Shown here: positions 1 through 13,444 of the stretch, in pieces
Numbering within the stretch: the first letter of the stretch is position 1
How the letters are laid out: the number at the start of each line of letters is the position of its first letter
DNA from: Antedon mediterranea
Lineage: Eukaryota > Animalia > Echinodermata
Length of the DNA: 64,000 nucleotides
Direction of reading: 5' to 3'
NCBI RefSeq assembly: GCF_964355755.1
Contig: NC_092679.1
Span: 2,510,201-2,574,200, forward strand
Position numbers and translations under genes: made by a program
Notes under the pieces: model-generated
Seen by the model: only the letters and a program-made list of their open reading frames with translations
What the model was told of the DNA's origin: nothing
Database searches by the model: none

Positions 1-240
1 GAGTCACTCAGATTGTCAAACACAAAATAATACGACTGCCTTGGTATAATTTAACATATCTGATTGGAGAAGAATGGAGCTGAGCCAACTTCCTTACGAT
101 TGGTTCGTCTTGGCTGAAGACCAGAGGTCACAGAAGCAAATTTAACACTCGTTTGTACACAGTATTATAAACGCTTTTAATTATTCGACTTTATCTACAC
201 TATAATAATATTTATAGCTCCATGTAGAAGTAGTACTAAG

Positions 241-264
241 TAAATAAATAAATAAATAAATAAA
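241..264. repeat. (TAAA)6 microsatellite
   Basis: Read directly from the sequence. Confidence 0.9.
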
Positions 265-1605
265 TTATAATACTATAGTTGTACTAAACAACACTATCCA
301 AATTTCAAATTTTTTCCTAAAGTAAAACTACCTCATTAACAAAATTCCAACATTTTTACCCAAACCACACAAATTTAATTGCCAAGTTGTCATACCTGGT
401 AGTACTGTATTTCCTTTTTAGTTTAGGCTAATTTTCGACACACTAGGGAGTCTGGAAAGTGGTAATCACAGACCTAATGCACATTCTTTATTTTGTTTTT
501 CGTTTCGTTTTTAAGATGGTACAATCATAGAGACAATAGACTTGTTTGTAAAAAGCTTGAAGTTCGAGAGCTACACTACTTGTTGTGTTATCTGTGTCCT
601 CAAAAATAATTTATACAATTATTAATATTATACATGATAAATACAATTTGTTTTTAAATATAAGGAAACTTGGAAATAATATTATTGTAGTTTTATTCTG
701 TTCTATTTAAAATGAATTTTGTTTATATATTTCTTAATTATAAATTGCAGCATTGATTAAATTTATTTTTCTAGACAATTTTTTGTTGACCAGGTTATTA
801 GAGGACCTTTCTGTGGTCACTTGATAGTTGGCCAAAATTCCATAAGCCAATCAATCACATGCTGGCCTCATCTAAACAGACCAGTTGACATTCACAATAA
901 TTTGCATAGCCATAATTGTATGAAAATTTAAGTTCATATGATCTGAGCATGCTCAGACCTTCCTCTAGACCACCTTGAAGCAATTGTTAAAACCATATTT
1001 CCCAGAAGCCTCTGTTCACATTAACTTACTAAATTGAATTGGTTGCAAATAGAATCACTAAACAGTAGAATCTCTATTAAGAGGGACACTTTTAGAAAGT
1101 GACCTCACAATAGGGATGGGCATTAGAAAGTGACCTCTTAGAAGGGGCTAGTTGGCCTTAGTGTTCAAACATTTCCTCTCATTTGTTTCAATAAAAAGTG
1201 TCTCTGCAAATTACAGAAAATGTTTCAATTCAGTTTATGCAAACATTTATTTTTTACAATTCTCCAAAAATGTTATGAATGGCAGACTGTTGCAGAGTTA
1301 AAATTCTGACAAAGGTGGAAGGTGAAGGGAAGTGATACCTGATCATGTACCCCTCACAAAGGATTTGGTGACACCAATCTGTACACTCTGCTCACCTTTC
1401 GGAGACCCTCAATGAGCTGTAGATTATCCAGATTACTTCCATTGAGTCTGTTTACATAAATGAGTGAACCAGCTTTGACCTTTGTGGAAGAATGATGAAG
1501 ACTGGACAAGGAGCAGATACAAGGGTAATCCATCACTGTCTTACCAAAACAATGTGACCCATATTGCAGTTATGCACAGCAGATGGAGACACATTTTAAT
1601 TCAGT

Positions 1606-1800
1606 GCTGGATCTACTATCTTGAAGAAGAATGGAAATTGCACCACTTTTAATCATAGTAATCATGTCCACCAATTTTTTAATCTTTTATTTTGTTTATT
1701 TAGAGTTTTAATCCAATTCTGGATCTACTATCTTGCAGAAAGAATGGAAAGAGTTGCCTATAACATTGCACCACATTTAATCATAGATTATGTCCACCAC
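1606..1800. repeat. Local direct duplication (~70-80 nt, 2 copies)
   Basis: ctggatctactatcttg..agaatggaaa..ttgcaccac..tttaatcatag..atgtccacca occurs at ~1607 and ~1719. Confidence 0.8.
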
Positions 1801-1871
1801 ACAAAGTACAATTTTCGGTCTTTTCTTTTGTATTAATTAGAAACTACTAATACACAAGTGTTTAATGTTAA

Positions 1872-2221
1872 AGATGTATTGTTCCCCAAAAACTTGAAAA
1901 ATAAAGATTAATTAAATCAGACTTTGAATGTGTTATTTTTTAGTTTTAATAAAGTTAATCACTTCCGTAGAAAAAAAAACCCAGAAAAAATAATGTTTTC
2001 ACTTATAAAATGACAAAATAAACGGTTAAATTCAACCAAAAACCCATTGGCTGCCAGCCAATTTGCCCATTTTTTGCTTTAAAGTACTTTTTTTTTTTCA
2101 GGTAAATACATTTTTTTCGATCCAATTTTTGGTAAAAGTGGATAACTATTATGTTACATTAAAATGGCATATTCAACAAAAAAATTGTTAAGAATTATAT
2201 TTTCAGGGGGACAATACATCT
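1872..2221 (+). mobile_element. Non-autonomous DNA transposon with TTAA TSD (Kolobok-like), copy 1
   Basis: TTAA|AGATGTATTGTTCCCC...GGGGACAATACATCT|TTAA; internal sequence is homologous to 6522-6859 in reverse orientation. Superfamily inferred from the TTAA TSD and purine-purine terminus. Confidence 0.85.
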
Positions 2222-4865
2222 TTAATGTATAAATTTTCCATTTCTTGTCATTTTTGTGTACGTTTTATATTAAAATCAAACATTTTTTTTATGAAGATGA
2301 ATATAGTTCCTTGTATTAGGTATTTTGTATCTTCTACACCTGGGTTATCATACTTAACCGCATGTAGGGTTGTGGTCTTAATCATTAAAGGGTAAACAGT
2401 GTTTACAAAGGTGCAAATCAATCAGAACGGATTTTTAAAAGGGGAGGTGAATGCCCCAAGGAAAACCTCTCACACAACAATGAAAATAATGACAGACAAC
2501 TTTTTATAGTTTTATACATCTGAATCTGAAATCTTGGAAATCAAAGATATTAAAAAACGTTCATTGTTTTCTTCCTATTGTTCAACAATCAAAATATTCA
2601 CCCATCTTTGTTTGCAAATTACATGTGAACGAATGGGGCATGTGATTAGAGAAAATGAATGATGTACTCAGGATCACTAGCCTTGAACTTGCTGCAGACT
2701 TGATATGCAGATGATGCACAAATTCTCTTCAATCATTTCACTATTATCACAATTGCTTTATCAATATTTCTCATCTTCTCAACTTGATAAATTATTCATT
2801 TTCAATTGTTTTTTCATTTGTGAAGATCCTAAATCGAAACTGATCTACAACTGAATACCATAGTGAATGCTGATGGATGTTGAATGCGCTTTAATTTAAA
2901 CACGTTTTAACCAAAATATTACAAAGAATGCTAAAAAACGCTTCAGCCGGAACCCTTTCCTTGGGATTTTACTTTCAATGTACAGTATACCTAAATGGGT
3001 ATTGCTCAGACGCTATCTATTATAATGGTTAATAAATGAATCAAAAATCAAAATATCGAATTAAACCATCCCACTTACTCCTACACAAAATATTAATTAA
3101 ACCTTGTTAATCCTAGTACAAAAATAGAGAGTCTAATGACAGCTAACCAGATAGGAGCAAAGCCAATTTGGTCAGAGCACAGAGCACTTTGCATTCCTCA
3201 AACTAGGAGTCGTTGATTGACATAGGTCTTTACATTAGTATGTACAGGCTTGGTACCAGGGAGCAGTCATCAATCGACGGGTTCACAGCTCAAGCCTAGC
3301 ATGCTAATGACACTAATGATTCACAGATTGTAACAGTATCGCAATCCTCACTATTCCTGGTGACTCCTGGGAAGGAAGTTTGCCAGAGTTCAAATGCATC
3401 TTTTAGTATTCTTCTTTTAATTTCCCAATTAAGGGCAACTAATTAATACCCGATACTGTATCCGCAACTCAAGGGCTTGTACTTATACTACAGTTAAATA
3501 CAAAATGAACATTAATAAATGTATTTATAGCCATAAATTAATATATAATATGGCAAATAACAGATTTATATATGTATCATAATTTAAATACATGATGACC
3601 TAACGTACTTTAACTGACCCACTTTACAATTAATTTTCTGTTTTAATTTATATCTCCTTATCAATTAACAGTCCGGCCGCCCCCTTACATAACCAAAACA
3701 TGTAGTAGACAGGCTCAGTTTAAGGCAATTGCAGAGTGGTTTTCTTGCTATTTGAAGTTTCCTATTAAAATCGAACTATATTATTTATAAACTAATAACT
3801 AATGGTCATAGTACAATCATAATTATCAAAATATATAAAAATAACAAAATTAAATACAGATTATGAATAATGCTGTAATAAATTTGATATACCGCCAATT
3901 TTCATAATTTTAATGCTTTATTAGTGACTTCCGTCAGTTCATTCAGACACAAACTGAAGGTCTTTTATAAACTGTCTATTGCTTATTACTGCTGTATAGC
4001 GTTATGTAAACTCATTTGGTTTTTAAATATGGTAGAAATGATTAAATCCCTATTAAGGAGACATCTTATAACCAACAACATCAACAAAGTGCACACTTAA
4101 TTGGGATTGTCTGGAGTGAAGCTCAAGAAACTGTTGATTAGACATCCTAGATTTTTCTAGTTACATCCCTGACCCACAAGTTAAAAGTCCCTTCCCTTTT
4201 CTTGTCATGCCCTCCTTTCCCCTACTATCTTCCTCCTCTCCTCTCCATCGGAATAAAATCAATCAATAAGCACAGACATTAATTTTATACTATTTAGTAT
4301 TTTTCATTACAAAAAGCATGCCATTTACAAATTACAAAAAAATAAATAATTCTTCGTCATCATTTCTTTCTCTCTTGGTTCTAAATTGTTCTAAACCACC
4401 TAATTGCAATTTGGTTTCTAGGCCTAGATGATGAATTGGCAATCTAATATTCAAGCGTACTAATTAGGACTTTGTATCAGTTCAATGGAATTCCTGGTAG
4501 AGAGTGCAGTTAATTAGTCAAGTATAAACAAGAACAAGGCATTAGGCTAAAGTGCTTATTTGTCGTTAAGATTTTGTTTCCGATCTGCTGGATTTGCTTT
4601 AAATCAAAACGAAAAATTAATTTTTGTTGAACTGCCAATTACGACAATTAGTGAAATACATGATGTTCATACTGATAACAATGAGTATTATTAATATTAT
4701 TATGATAATATAAATGAAGATGTTTAGGGTAATAAGGGACACGATAGTGATTGCTGATAATAAATAAGTTTATCAATATTTGTTTGAATTAATAATAAAA
4801 CTAAAATGTTGATTAAAATAATGTTCATGCTATCTACAATCTTAATTCTCAATTTAAACACTTTA

Positions 4866-5025
4866 AGCTCTGTCTACACTATCAAACTAGTTTGACAAAA
4901 AAGTGTGATGTGTCCAAATATTATGGTAGTGATGTGTCCAAATATGGTAGTGACACGACATCATCGTGTCCATATGGGCACATCACATTTTTTGTCACAT
5001 AAAGTCTGATATTGTAGACAGAGCT
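4866..5025 (+). mobile_element. MITE family A (Harbinger/Tourist-like), copy 1
   Basis: TTA|AGCTCTGTCTACACTATCAAACT...TGTAGACAGAGCT|TTA; internal GTGATGTGYCCAAATATGGTA subrepeats. Confidence 0.9.
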
Positions 5026-5391
5026 TTACTATTTTTTTTCCTCAAAACTTTCTTTAAAGTTTCAAATAAAATGTCAAAAAGTTTCTAATTCAGTATTTTA
5101 TAAGGAAATGACTAAATTGTTAGAAGAGGAGCAAGAGAGAGTGTTATTGGTACCTGGACTTCGCGTTCATTACTGATAAAGGAAGTGATGATGATGATAT
5201 TAAATTAAGCGTGCAATAAAGCCAAGGATCCAATGACTGACTGACCTAGTAACGACAAATTGCTAACTTTCCATATAGTAAAGTTATTAAGATGCATGTG
5301 AAAGTAGTGCATCAACCAACACACATAGGCTCCATTCTGTGGCTTAGTGTGTATTCATTATATGTTTGAAGACACTATTGGAAAAGATTGA

Positions 5392-5561
5392 TCTAGGGTG
5401 ACTGTGAAGAGTTGAGGGTCACTCTGAAGAGTCGGGGTGACTCTGAAGGGTCAATGGTGACTCTGAATGGTCGAGGGTGACTCTGAAGGGTCGAGGGTTA
5501 CTCTGAGGTGTCTAGGGTGACTCTGAGGGGTCTAGGGTGACTCTGAACGGTCAAGGGTGAC
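5392..5561. repeat. 20-nt minisatellite (TCGAGGGTGACTCTGAAGGG), ~8.5 degenerate units
   Basis: Read directly; begins about 15 nt into the intron after the 77-nt homeobox exon. Confidence 0.92.
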
Positions 5562-5576
5562 ATTTGTACTACTCAC

Positions 5577-5653
5577 CAATTGTTAACTTGTAGTATTGTT
5601 AGTCCAGTGTCTTGCGCTAGCTGCTTCTTTTGCTCTTCTGAAGGGTAGGGATG
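5577..5653 (-). CDS. Meis: Meis exon, TALE loop and helices 2-3 (HPYPSEEQKKQLAQDTGLTILQVNNW)
   Basis: tcttgatag|CAT...TG|gtgagt; 77 nt, phase 0-2; invariant Meis sequence with the PYP TALE motif. Not in the ORF track. Confidence 0.97.
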
Positions 5654-6521
5654 CTATCAAGAAAAAAAGGACAAAATTATTAACAAATTGTAGAAAATAA
5701 ATGTAATGAAACAATCAACAAAACAAAATTAATTCTTAAATGATATAACAAAATAAGTGACAAAATGCCATCATAATAATTTTGTAGCATAATAATAGTA
5801 AAATAATTATTATCAGTATAAGAAAAAAATAATATTTTAATAAATTGATGATGTAAGATTTTCATATATTAATGTATACATTTTATATACAGTTATTTGT
5901 TTAAAACAATAAAAAAAATATGCAAACATCAATCATAATAATTAAATAACTAGGCCTATGTTGTAATTTCATCTATGCATTTTCAAAACACACCCATTTT
6001 TAATATGATAATAATGTCAGTAAGTTTAATAAAATAAACTTCATCATCAATTATAGTTCACGTAATTTATGTTTTAATAGTACACTATGATTTATCCACC
6101 TGCCCTCATGCATTAACATGACGACAGTGTTATAAGGTTCGTCTACGTACATCCGCCGTTTATTTTGTGAAATGTATTTAAATAAAAAGATAAAAAGACA
6201 AGCTATATATTGAATAGTTTCCTTCTTTAACAGGTGTCACAGAGCTATGGTATTCATCAGCGAAAAATGATTACAGTAAAATGTGGTGAATATGTCATAC
6301 GCTTACAATGTACAGACGCGGGATTACGTTTCTCGGTAGGAAAACGAGGAAATTAACGTGGATATTACAGAAAATAATCCCCCACTCTACTAACACGTTT
6401 GGATAACATCAAGCAAACGTCAATATTTATTGCATAATTATAGTTCTTTTGTTACATTTGATAGAGGAAGGCGGGAGGGCTGTTACATAATGTTTTATTG
6501 TGAAATATACAAATACATTAA

Positions 6522-6859
6522 AGATGTATTGTCCCCCTGAAAAATAATTTAAAACATTTCTTTGTTTAATTCGCCAATTTAATGTAATAATAGTTACCCA
6601 CTTTGACCAAAAAATTGGATCTAAACAAAATGTATTTACCTGAAAAAATGTAATATAAAGTAAAAAAAGGGTCAACAGCCAATGAATTTTTGGTTGAATT
6701 TAATCATTTATTATGTCATTTTATAAGTGAAAACATTTTTATTTTGTTCTCGCTTTTTTTTCTATAGAAGTGAAAAATTTTATAAAAACTACAAATGACC
6801 TATTCAAAGTTTGATTTAATTAATCTTTACTTTTCATGTTTTTAGGGGACAATACATCT
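6522..6859 (-). mobile_element. Non-autonomous DNA transposon with TTAA TSD (Kolobok-like), copy 2, inverted
   Basis: TTAA|AGATGTATTGTCCCC...GGGGACAATACATCT|TTAA; perfect 15-bp TIRs. Confidence 0.87.
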
Positions 6860-7672
6860 TTAAGAAATGGTTCTGTAATGTACAAACACTTCTTCAATAT
6901 GTTTTAAAATTATCCTAATTCTACAATCACATATTTTTTACAGAAGTTACAACTTTATAGATGATTTTCACGCTATCAAATCAAATTCATATTATTTAAT
7001 TTTAAATGTCATTAATTTTACACGTCGTCTTTAAATTCTTATAAGTAAAATAAAATACTTCATCTACTAAGACAATGCTCTCAAAATACATATCATCAAA
7101 TCAGGCTTTTATATTCTTCAAGGATAAAACAATCAATACTAGCCAGATTTGATTAAATTTACTTAATAATAACGCACTACCCTTCTTCATTCATTTCATC
7201 CTTTTACAAAATATATTTCAAAAAAACCCCTAAGCTTACTTTTTACCGAACCATAAAAACATTTTGTAACAAAATGCACAATTCCGTTGTAGCTATTACA
7301 AATTTCCATTTTAATAAATATTCTTTTTAAGATGAAAGCGATTTAATAACTAGAATGCTACTCTAAATGTGCTCGCAGAAATTACTTTTCACAAGATGTA
7401 ATGACTTCTGAGGTGGTTTTTTAAAAGATTGTTTTCTTGATTATTGGACATTAGAGTTTAATGAGCCTGAACTAATTGTAATAGTACTTATTTTAAGCTT
7501 TCAGAAATTCATTTTAAATTGAAAAATGTACAGTACTGCAAAATGCATTAATAAGAAGAGTACTAAAGGCATTGTACATAAAATATTGCTTAACTTTCTC
7601 AGTGAAATGAGGCTGATGACAATAAAGGTAGTTTGATGCGGTCCTGTCTCTAGAATTAAACAACTCTATCAT

Positions 7673-7956
7673 TATGTTTAATATAAAACTTATGTTTTCT
7701 AAGTAATATAGTTTTTTTAACCATTTTCTAAAATTCAAGCAGACTTTTATATATTTGGAAGATATTAAAAGATAATAAAAACAGTAAGGTGGTAGTCTTC
7801 TTCCTGTTTGTCTGTCTGTCTAAAATTAAACAACCAACTATATGTTTAATATAAAACTCCTTTTCTAAATATTTATAGTTTAAAAATTGTATAATTTCAA
7901 TACAAAAACACTTTTTATATATTTGGAAGAGATTATAAGATAATAAAAACAGTAAT
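7673..7956. repeat. Local direct duplication (~115 nt, 2 copies)
   Basis: tatgtttaatataaaact...ttttatatatttggaaga..att..aagataataaaaacagtaa at ~7673 and ~7841. Confidence 0.75.
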
Positions 7957-8649
7957 TAATTAAATGAGCAAAAGTTGACAAGGGTAAATTCTTAAAAAGA
8001 ATGCCAAATAAATGAAATTATTCTTCAGAACCTTTGAACTGACAAATTTGATTTTGTTGATGTAAGGTTATGCAACAGTAATGCATTATCTTGGATTGCA
8101 TTAGTAAAATGGTTTAGCAATGTTTTTTGTAAACAAATTATTCAGCAAGCTTTGTAACATTATCCACAGAGTTGACATCCCTCGCAGGCCTAGGCTCTGA
8201 CCTGCGACAACAGTTCAGCAAAGCGAACTGTATTTTGGTGAACCTAGAATTAAATTTGCCCTGAAAAACTTTTAATCAAAATTACTTTTGTCAGATGTTT
8301 TTACCTCTGTTTCTCTATTTGAACTTGGCAATTAACAATTATGAAATTAGAAAGTTCGTAACTACGACGTTTAAGTTTCTATTTGATGGAGTAATTGATG
8401 AATGAAAGAGTTCATCAGAATGTATATTTCAAAACTTTTTCATCTGTGTTCAGAATCTTTTCAATGATAGTTCGTAAAATGTTGAATACAGTTACAGAAT
8501 TAAAGAAAGAATGAACTACAATAACCCGATACAAAATACGATAGAGATCAGTACGGGAAACCAGCAAATAATTACATCAAGTTAACAGACGAACAACTAA
8601 GGGAATAAATGCCATGACCGTTTCATGCAATCAACCTCAATCGATGTTG

Positions 8650-8995
8650 TAACTTACAAATGTTTTGAAGATTTGTCAACTACTTTAACTATACTACTCT
8701 CTAACATAGCTACTTTAGATTTTGGTAAAAAGTAGTTACGGTAGTTAACGTAAAAAGAAAGATTTGCCAGAAGATAAAACAAGAGAAACAACCAGACATT
8801 CTCAGCTTTTGGAAACACATGGTGTATGTATCGTTACTTACAACTTATAAATGCTTTAACTAACTACTTTAACTAATTAATCTACTGTTAACATGGTTAC
8901 TTTTTACAGAAGTAGTTTTCAGTATGCAGGTTTGGAAGGAGAATTTTAGCACAAGAGAAACATGAAGAGATTTCCAGCTTTTGAAAACAAATGAT
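8650..8995. repeat. Diverged tandem duplication (~170 nt, 2 copies)
   Basis: aactta.aaatg..aactacttt..aacat.g.tacttt..agtagtt..acaagagaaaca..cagctttt..aaaca is repeated. Confidence 0.6.
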
Positions 8996-11900
8996 ATACC
9001 ACAAACCTCACATTACTGGGTTTATTCGAAACAATAAAGTATTGTAGTTAACCTTTAAGAGATATACTATATTGTGTTTAACCTGATTTCTGTTTTTTAC
9101 CATGACTAATAGTACACATTACGAAAAAGCTATGATTAACTTATCGTATCGTTTTACTTAAACTTTTCTTTTTTTTGCAAAATTTCAACAAGTTGTTTTG
9201 ATACAGCCTTAGCTAATTACTATAGTTTTTTTATAAAACTTCTTAAATCGGTTAATAATCTATCAACGTTACATAAAAAAGTAAATGCTTGATTTCCTTT
9301 TAATTTGCAATTAAAATCTCTCAAAACATTACATGCGACGAGAAAAACTGTTGTAAGACAACCGACACTTCATAAAACTGTCAATAACCTTCATGTCTTT
9401 GAGAGAATGACAGTTTTAAAAAGTTGCGCGTGATGTTTGTAAAATTTGCAACGTTGATAGTAATAAATGCTAATTCCTAAGCCACTAAGCCTATCAGGAC
9501 AGCGGATATGTAAAGGCAATGTAAAAGGCAACAAATGCCATGTTACATGCAGAATAACTAATTTGTTCAGTTTTAAAGAATTGAAATTGATCAAAAACAA
9601 AGTAGGCATAATTACTTTAAAGATGGGGAGATTTCTTCATATTTATAAATATCATAACTGCCTGATATTTTGTGTTTCTACGTTATTGATAATATTTGAG
9701 TTAAATTAAATAATAAAAATGATATTTCTTTTTTTAATTCATCCGAGAGATGTCTAGAATTTAACATTAGGGTTTTAAGGCCAGGTGCGTTACATTGCCT
9801 CAAGCAGGTTTCATTAAAAAAAAAGATTATTTTCATAACTTTAACTTATAATATAACTGACAACATCTCTTTTAGCAAACATGAGCAAGTCTAGACTAGA
9901 ACCAAAGAACCTGGGAATCAATAAGAGGCACTGCTAATATAGACTCGCATACATATGAACAATCTCACAAGTTTCATAGGATATAGAGAAAGACATCGAT
10001 TTTCCTGCATGGGATTTACGGCAATTGAAAATGTCTCCTACAAGAGTCCTACCACACTCTGCTCGCATCCAGTGTGGCGACACGTTTCACATGGTGTTAT
10101 AGAAATACAACAGACCACAACATTTCATTTTAATACTACGATTACTTCAAGAAAGCCTGGGAACATTTAATTCAATATAACATAACTTAATTTGACATCA
10201 TTAGTATAGACTAACAGGAAAAATTGTTTAAAACATTTTATAAGATAAGGATGTATTCTTAACTAAATATAATTTATATGGAAATAAATCAATAATTTTT
10301 ATTTATAAATAAATATTATACGCCGGTATTCATAAAATATATAAATATTACATCCATTAAATATAATATTTATAAAAACTTAAGTTAATATTATAGCATT
10401 CACAGCTAATGGAAATCTAACACTGTACACTTTATCCATGTATTTACTACTGTACTTTAAATTGCAAATTTAAGCATTAACTTTCGTAGTTGAGCTAATA
10501 AAAAGAGAATCAAAAACGTTACTACATTTATTACTGTATTTCAAATTGCAAATATAATGAAGTTTTGCAGTTGGAGATGAGCTGAAGATAATTCAATACT
10601 CGTGTTTGTATGTATTACATTGAATAGGTACAAATGTAAATTTATACATTAATTTCCGTATTTAAAACATACAAACTGACAAGCAAAGCCTCTATCCTTG
10701 AACCCCTTACTTAAGTCTACAGAAGTAACATCCATTAAGGCTTATCGTAAGATGGGTATATGAATAAGATGCGTCGCTAACAAATATTGACAACATCAAA
10801 TCTGAGTATCCATTAGATGACGAGACTGGGGAAATGGTAACCGGAGAATCATGAAGGTTAAAAAAAGGGTAACGTCATAGTAAGAGGGATTTATTGAAAT
10901 GCTCCAGGGGTAACGTGTAGCGTAATGAATGTTATGGGTAAAATCTATTATCGTTAAGTCTCGTTTAAAGCATTAAATTTTATTTGAGAAAGCATGTGAT
11001 GCTCGAATATGGATACTATAATTGTGATAGTTTGTTATAAATTGTAAAAGATTTTGTTATGGTGCAAGTCATGCAGAATTTATTGAAACTCTTTGGGGTA
11101 AGGTAATGTTTTCAGGGTGAAATCTATTACCGTATTAAACTTTATTTAAACTGTTAAATTTTATTTCAAAAACATGTGATTAACATATAAAGGGGTTTTA
11201 CTAAATAATTTGGGGTAAAATATAATTGTTAAACTTTATTTCAACTGTTAAATTTTATTTTATAACATGTGATGCTATGATACAGTGACACTATCATTTT
11301 GTTAAAATTAAAGATTGTAAGGGAATTTTTACTTTGACGCAAGGGGTAACATATTAAAATAAAAAGTTTAAATAAATTTCATTTGACCCTTATGGCAAGA
11401 CATACCCCATCGGAAAAATCAGTTCTATATTAGCATAAGTTTTAAAAAATTTGTTATAGATTGTAGAAGGAAAAAATTATACAGAAAGGAAAAAAAGTAG
11501 ACAGACAGACAGGCAGACAAAAAAAACCCAAGCTAAAGAATGTGGTACTCCTAAACCAAACTTGTCTCATGAATTACATATTAGAAACTGGGGCCCCCGA
11601 CATTGCTAAGATGTCTTTAATGCTAACAGGGTCCCAAGCGGTATTTAATGCCACAATACACCAATGAATCATTGACAGTAAGTACTGTAAATTATCTTTA
11701 AGTAACAAGTACAGGAGACTATCATGCTTTATAAATACATTGATGAACTTTTAGCGTTTACAGTACGCTACATAAAATGTGATATATACATAAAAGCACC
11801 CGATTGAAGTTAATGGGCAAAATTATCGAAAATACGATGTAGTTGTTCGAAGAAACCAAATGATTAAAGTTTCTTTACACATAAATTTCACGTCAGAAAA

Positions 11901-13188
11901 TGTTTTCGTAAAAAGATTCTAATAAAAGTGACAAATGCCGAAAGATTGAAATGCTAAACAAACTTGATACAGCCAATATTGCAACGGGAGAGTGCGTGAT
12001 TCGTCTCGGATTTAAATGCATGTGTGGCTTTTTTACAAATTACTCTAAAATGAATAATGTTCAGGAGAAAGAAGTTACGGTGCATTTAGCTGATTATTTG
12101 AATAATCATGTCACTGAAAAATGATGCATATCAATTTAAAACTCTTGTTCATGTCAAGATTAATAAAAAACAAGAAATTACACAAAAAAATTAATAAACC
12201 AGTAAATTTTAAAATTTTGAAAGCCATCACAAAAATAAATTTATAAATACATGATAGGATTCGAGCCCCAGACTTTCAATTTCTGTTTGCAAACCTACCA
12301 ACCAAACCACTATCCTATTGACAGGACTTTCTGAGAGGTGGTGTTCTTTACACAGTAAATAAACTATTTTTAATACTGACTAGAATATAGACAGATGGTA
12401 AGTAATATTCTATAATATGGTAGCACACTCAATGATAATTATGTGTACAGTACATCATTCAGATATTTAGACATTTAAAAAAAAAGCTTTCTCGAGAATG
12501 AAAACATGTCTAACATTTCTTGTTGTACGCTCATTTATTTAAATTGGCGCATGTGTCTGTCAAACATTTCATTGTTGTGATTCATAATTTAATTGTTATT
12601 ATTATCTATTATGAGTTATTACACTCAACTTGCTGTAATAGACGTCGAATACATTTGATTGTTATTTCGTATATGCTAATCATATTTTTTTTATATGGAT
12701 TTAAAATTACTAATCAAAAGCAATGAATATTAGCAAGGAATCCGAAAGGAATAAATATGAATTTATGAATTAAATATAAAATGTGGTAATTAATTTACTA
12801 CTGTATATATAAGAATGCAAAAGATGAATAAAATGAAAAGAGATGGTTAAAAAAAAAAACCAACACAATTACGACAAAGTGGAATTAACTTTTTGTCAGC
12901 TAGTTATCAAAGCGTTTTCATCAAGTTTTCCCCCTGGACTCGGCCGGATTATGGCCTACTTATTCATGAATAATGATTGTGGAATTATGCAAGGATTACG
13001 ATGAAAATGATGCATGAAACTGCGGTAATAATAATCCATGTAAAAAATGACAAATTAGTAACATTAATAACGCTAAATTCTCCTTTTAATTAATGTGTAT
13101 CATCATCATCATCTCTGTTGTGTGTTGAAATGTTTAAGCACTGCCAAGTAGGTAAGTTTGTGAATTTAAAAAATATAAAAAACTAGAA

Positions 13189-13273
13189 AGCTATGGAGTG
13201 ATATGACATCATCATGTCCACATATGGGCATCATCACATTTTGCTGTCACATAAAGTTAGTGTAGACAAGGCT
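13189..13273 (+). mobile_element. MITE family A, copy 2 (internally deleted)
   Basis: gtgatatgacatcatcatgtcca..gtcacataaagt..tagtgtagacaaggct; ends about 25 nt from the exon donor. Confidence 0.85.
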
Positions 13274-13298
13274 TTAGAATTCCAAATTGTAAACTTAC

Positions 13299-13444
13299 TG
13301 TTAGATGCTGAAATAACCACGCCCTCATTATATTGGTTGCAGATTTTGGGAATATTCCTCGTTTTTTCTGCCTTCCTTTTGACCTGTCATCATCATCCTC
13401 TTCCGTTCCTTCTCCTGACCCAATACTGTTTTCCAAATTTCCAT
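13299..13444 (-). CDS. Meis: Meis exon, acidic linker and homeodomain helix 1 ([49 protein letters not shown])
   Basis: tttttcag|AT GGA...ACA|gtaagt; 146 nt, phase 1-0. Confidence 0.97.

Noticed and set aside
942-957. 16-nt palindrome TCTGAGCATGCTCAGA
   Set aside because: Isolated, with no TSD or other context to support a function.
1354-1536. 60-aa ORF in a GC-richer block (likewise 36272-36502)
   Set aside because: No recognisable domain or splice support; possibly decayed TE sequence.
5154-5172. 19-nt possible microexon tttatcag|TAATGAACGCGAAGTCCAG|gtacc
   Set aside because: Weak donor, would break homeodomain helix 3, and no other support; likely chance.
1-5576. Search for the next Meis exon (FINARRRIVQPM)
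   Set aside because: Not found; presumably lies beyond the left edge of the window.
12250-12320. tRNA gene candidates (also ~31490, ~53760, ~56320)
   Set aside because: Only B-box-like relics without a cloverleaf; at best decayed SINE heads.
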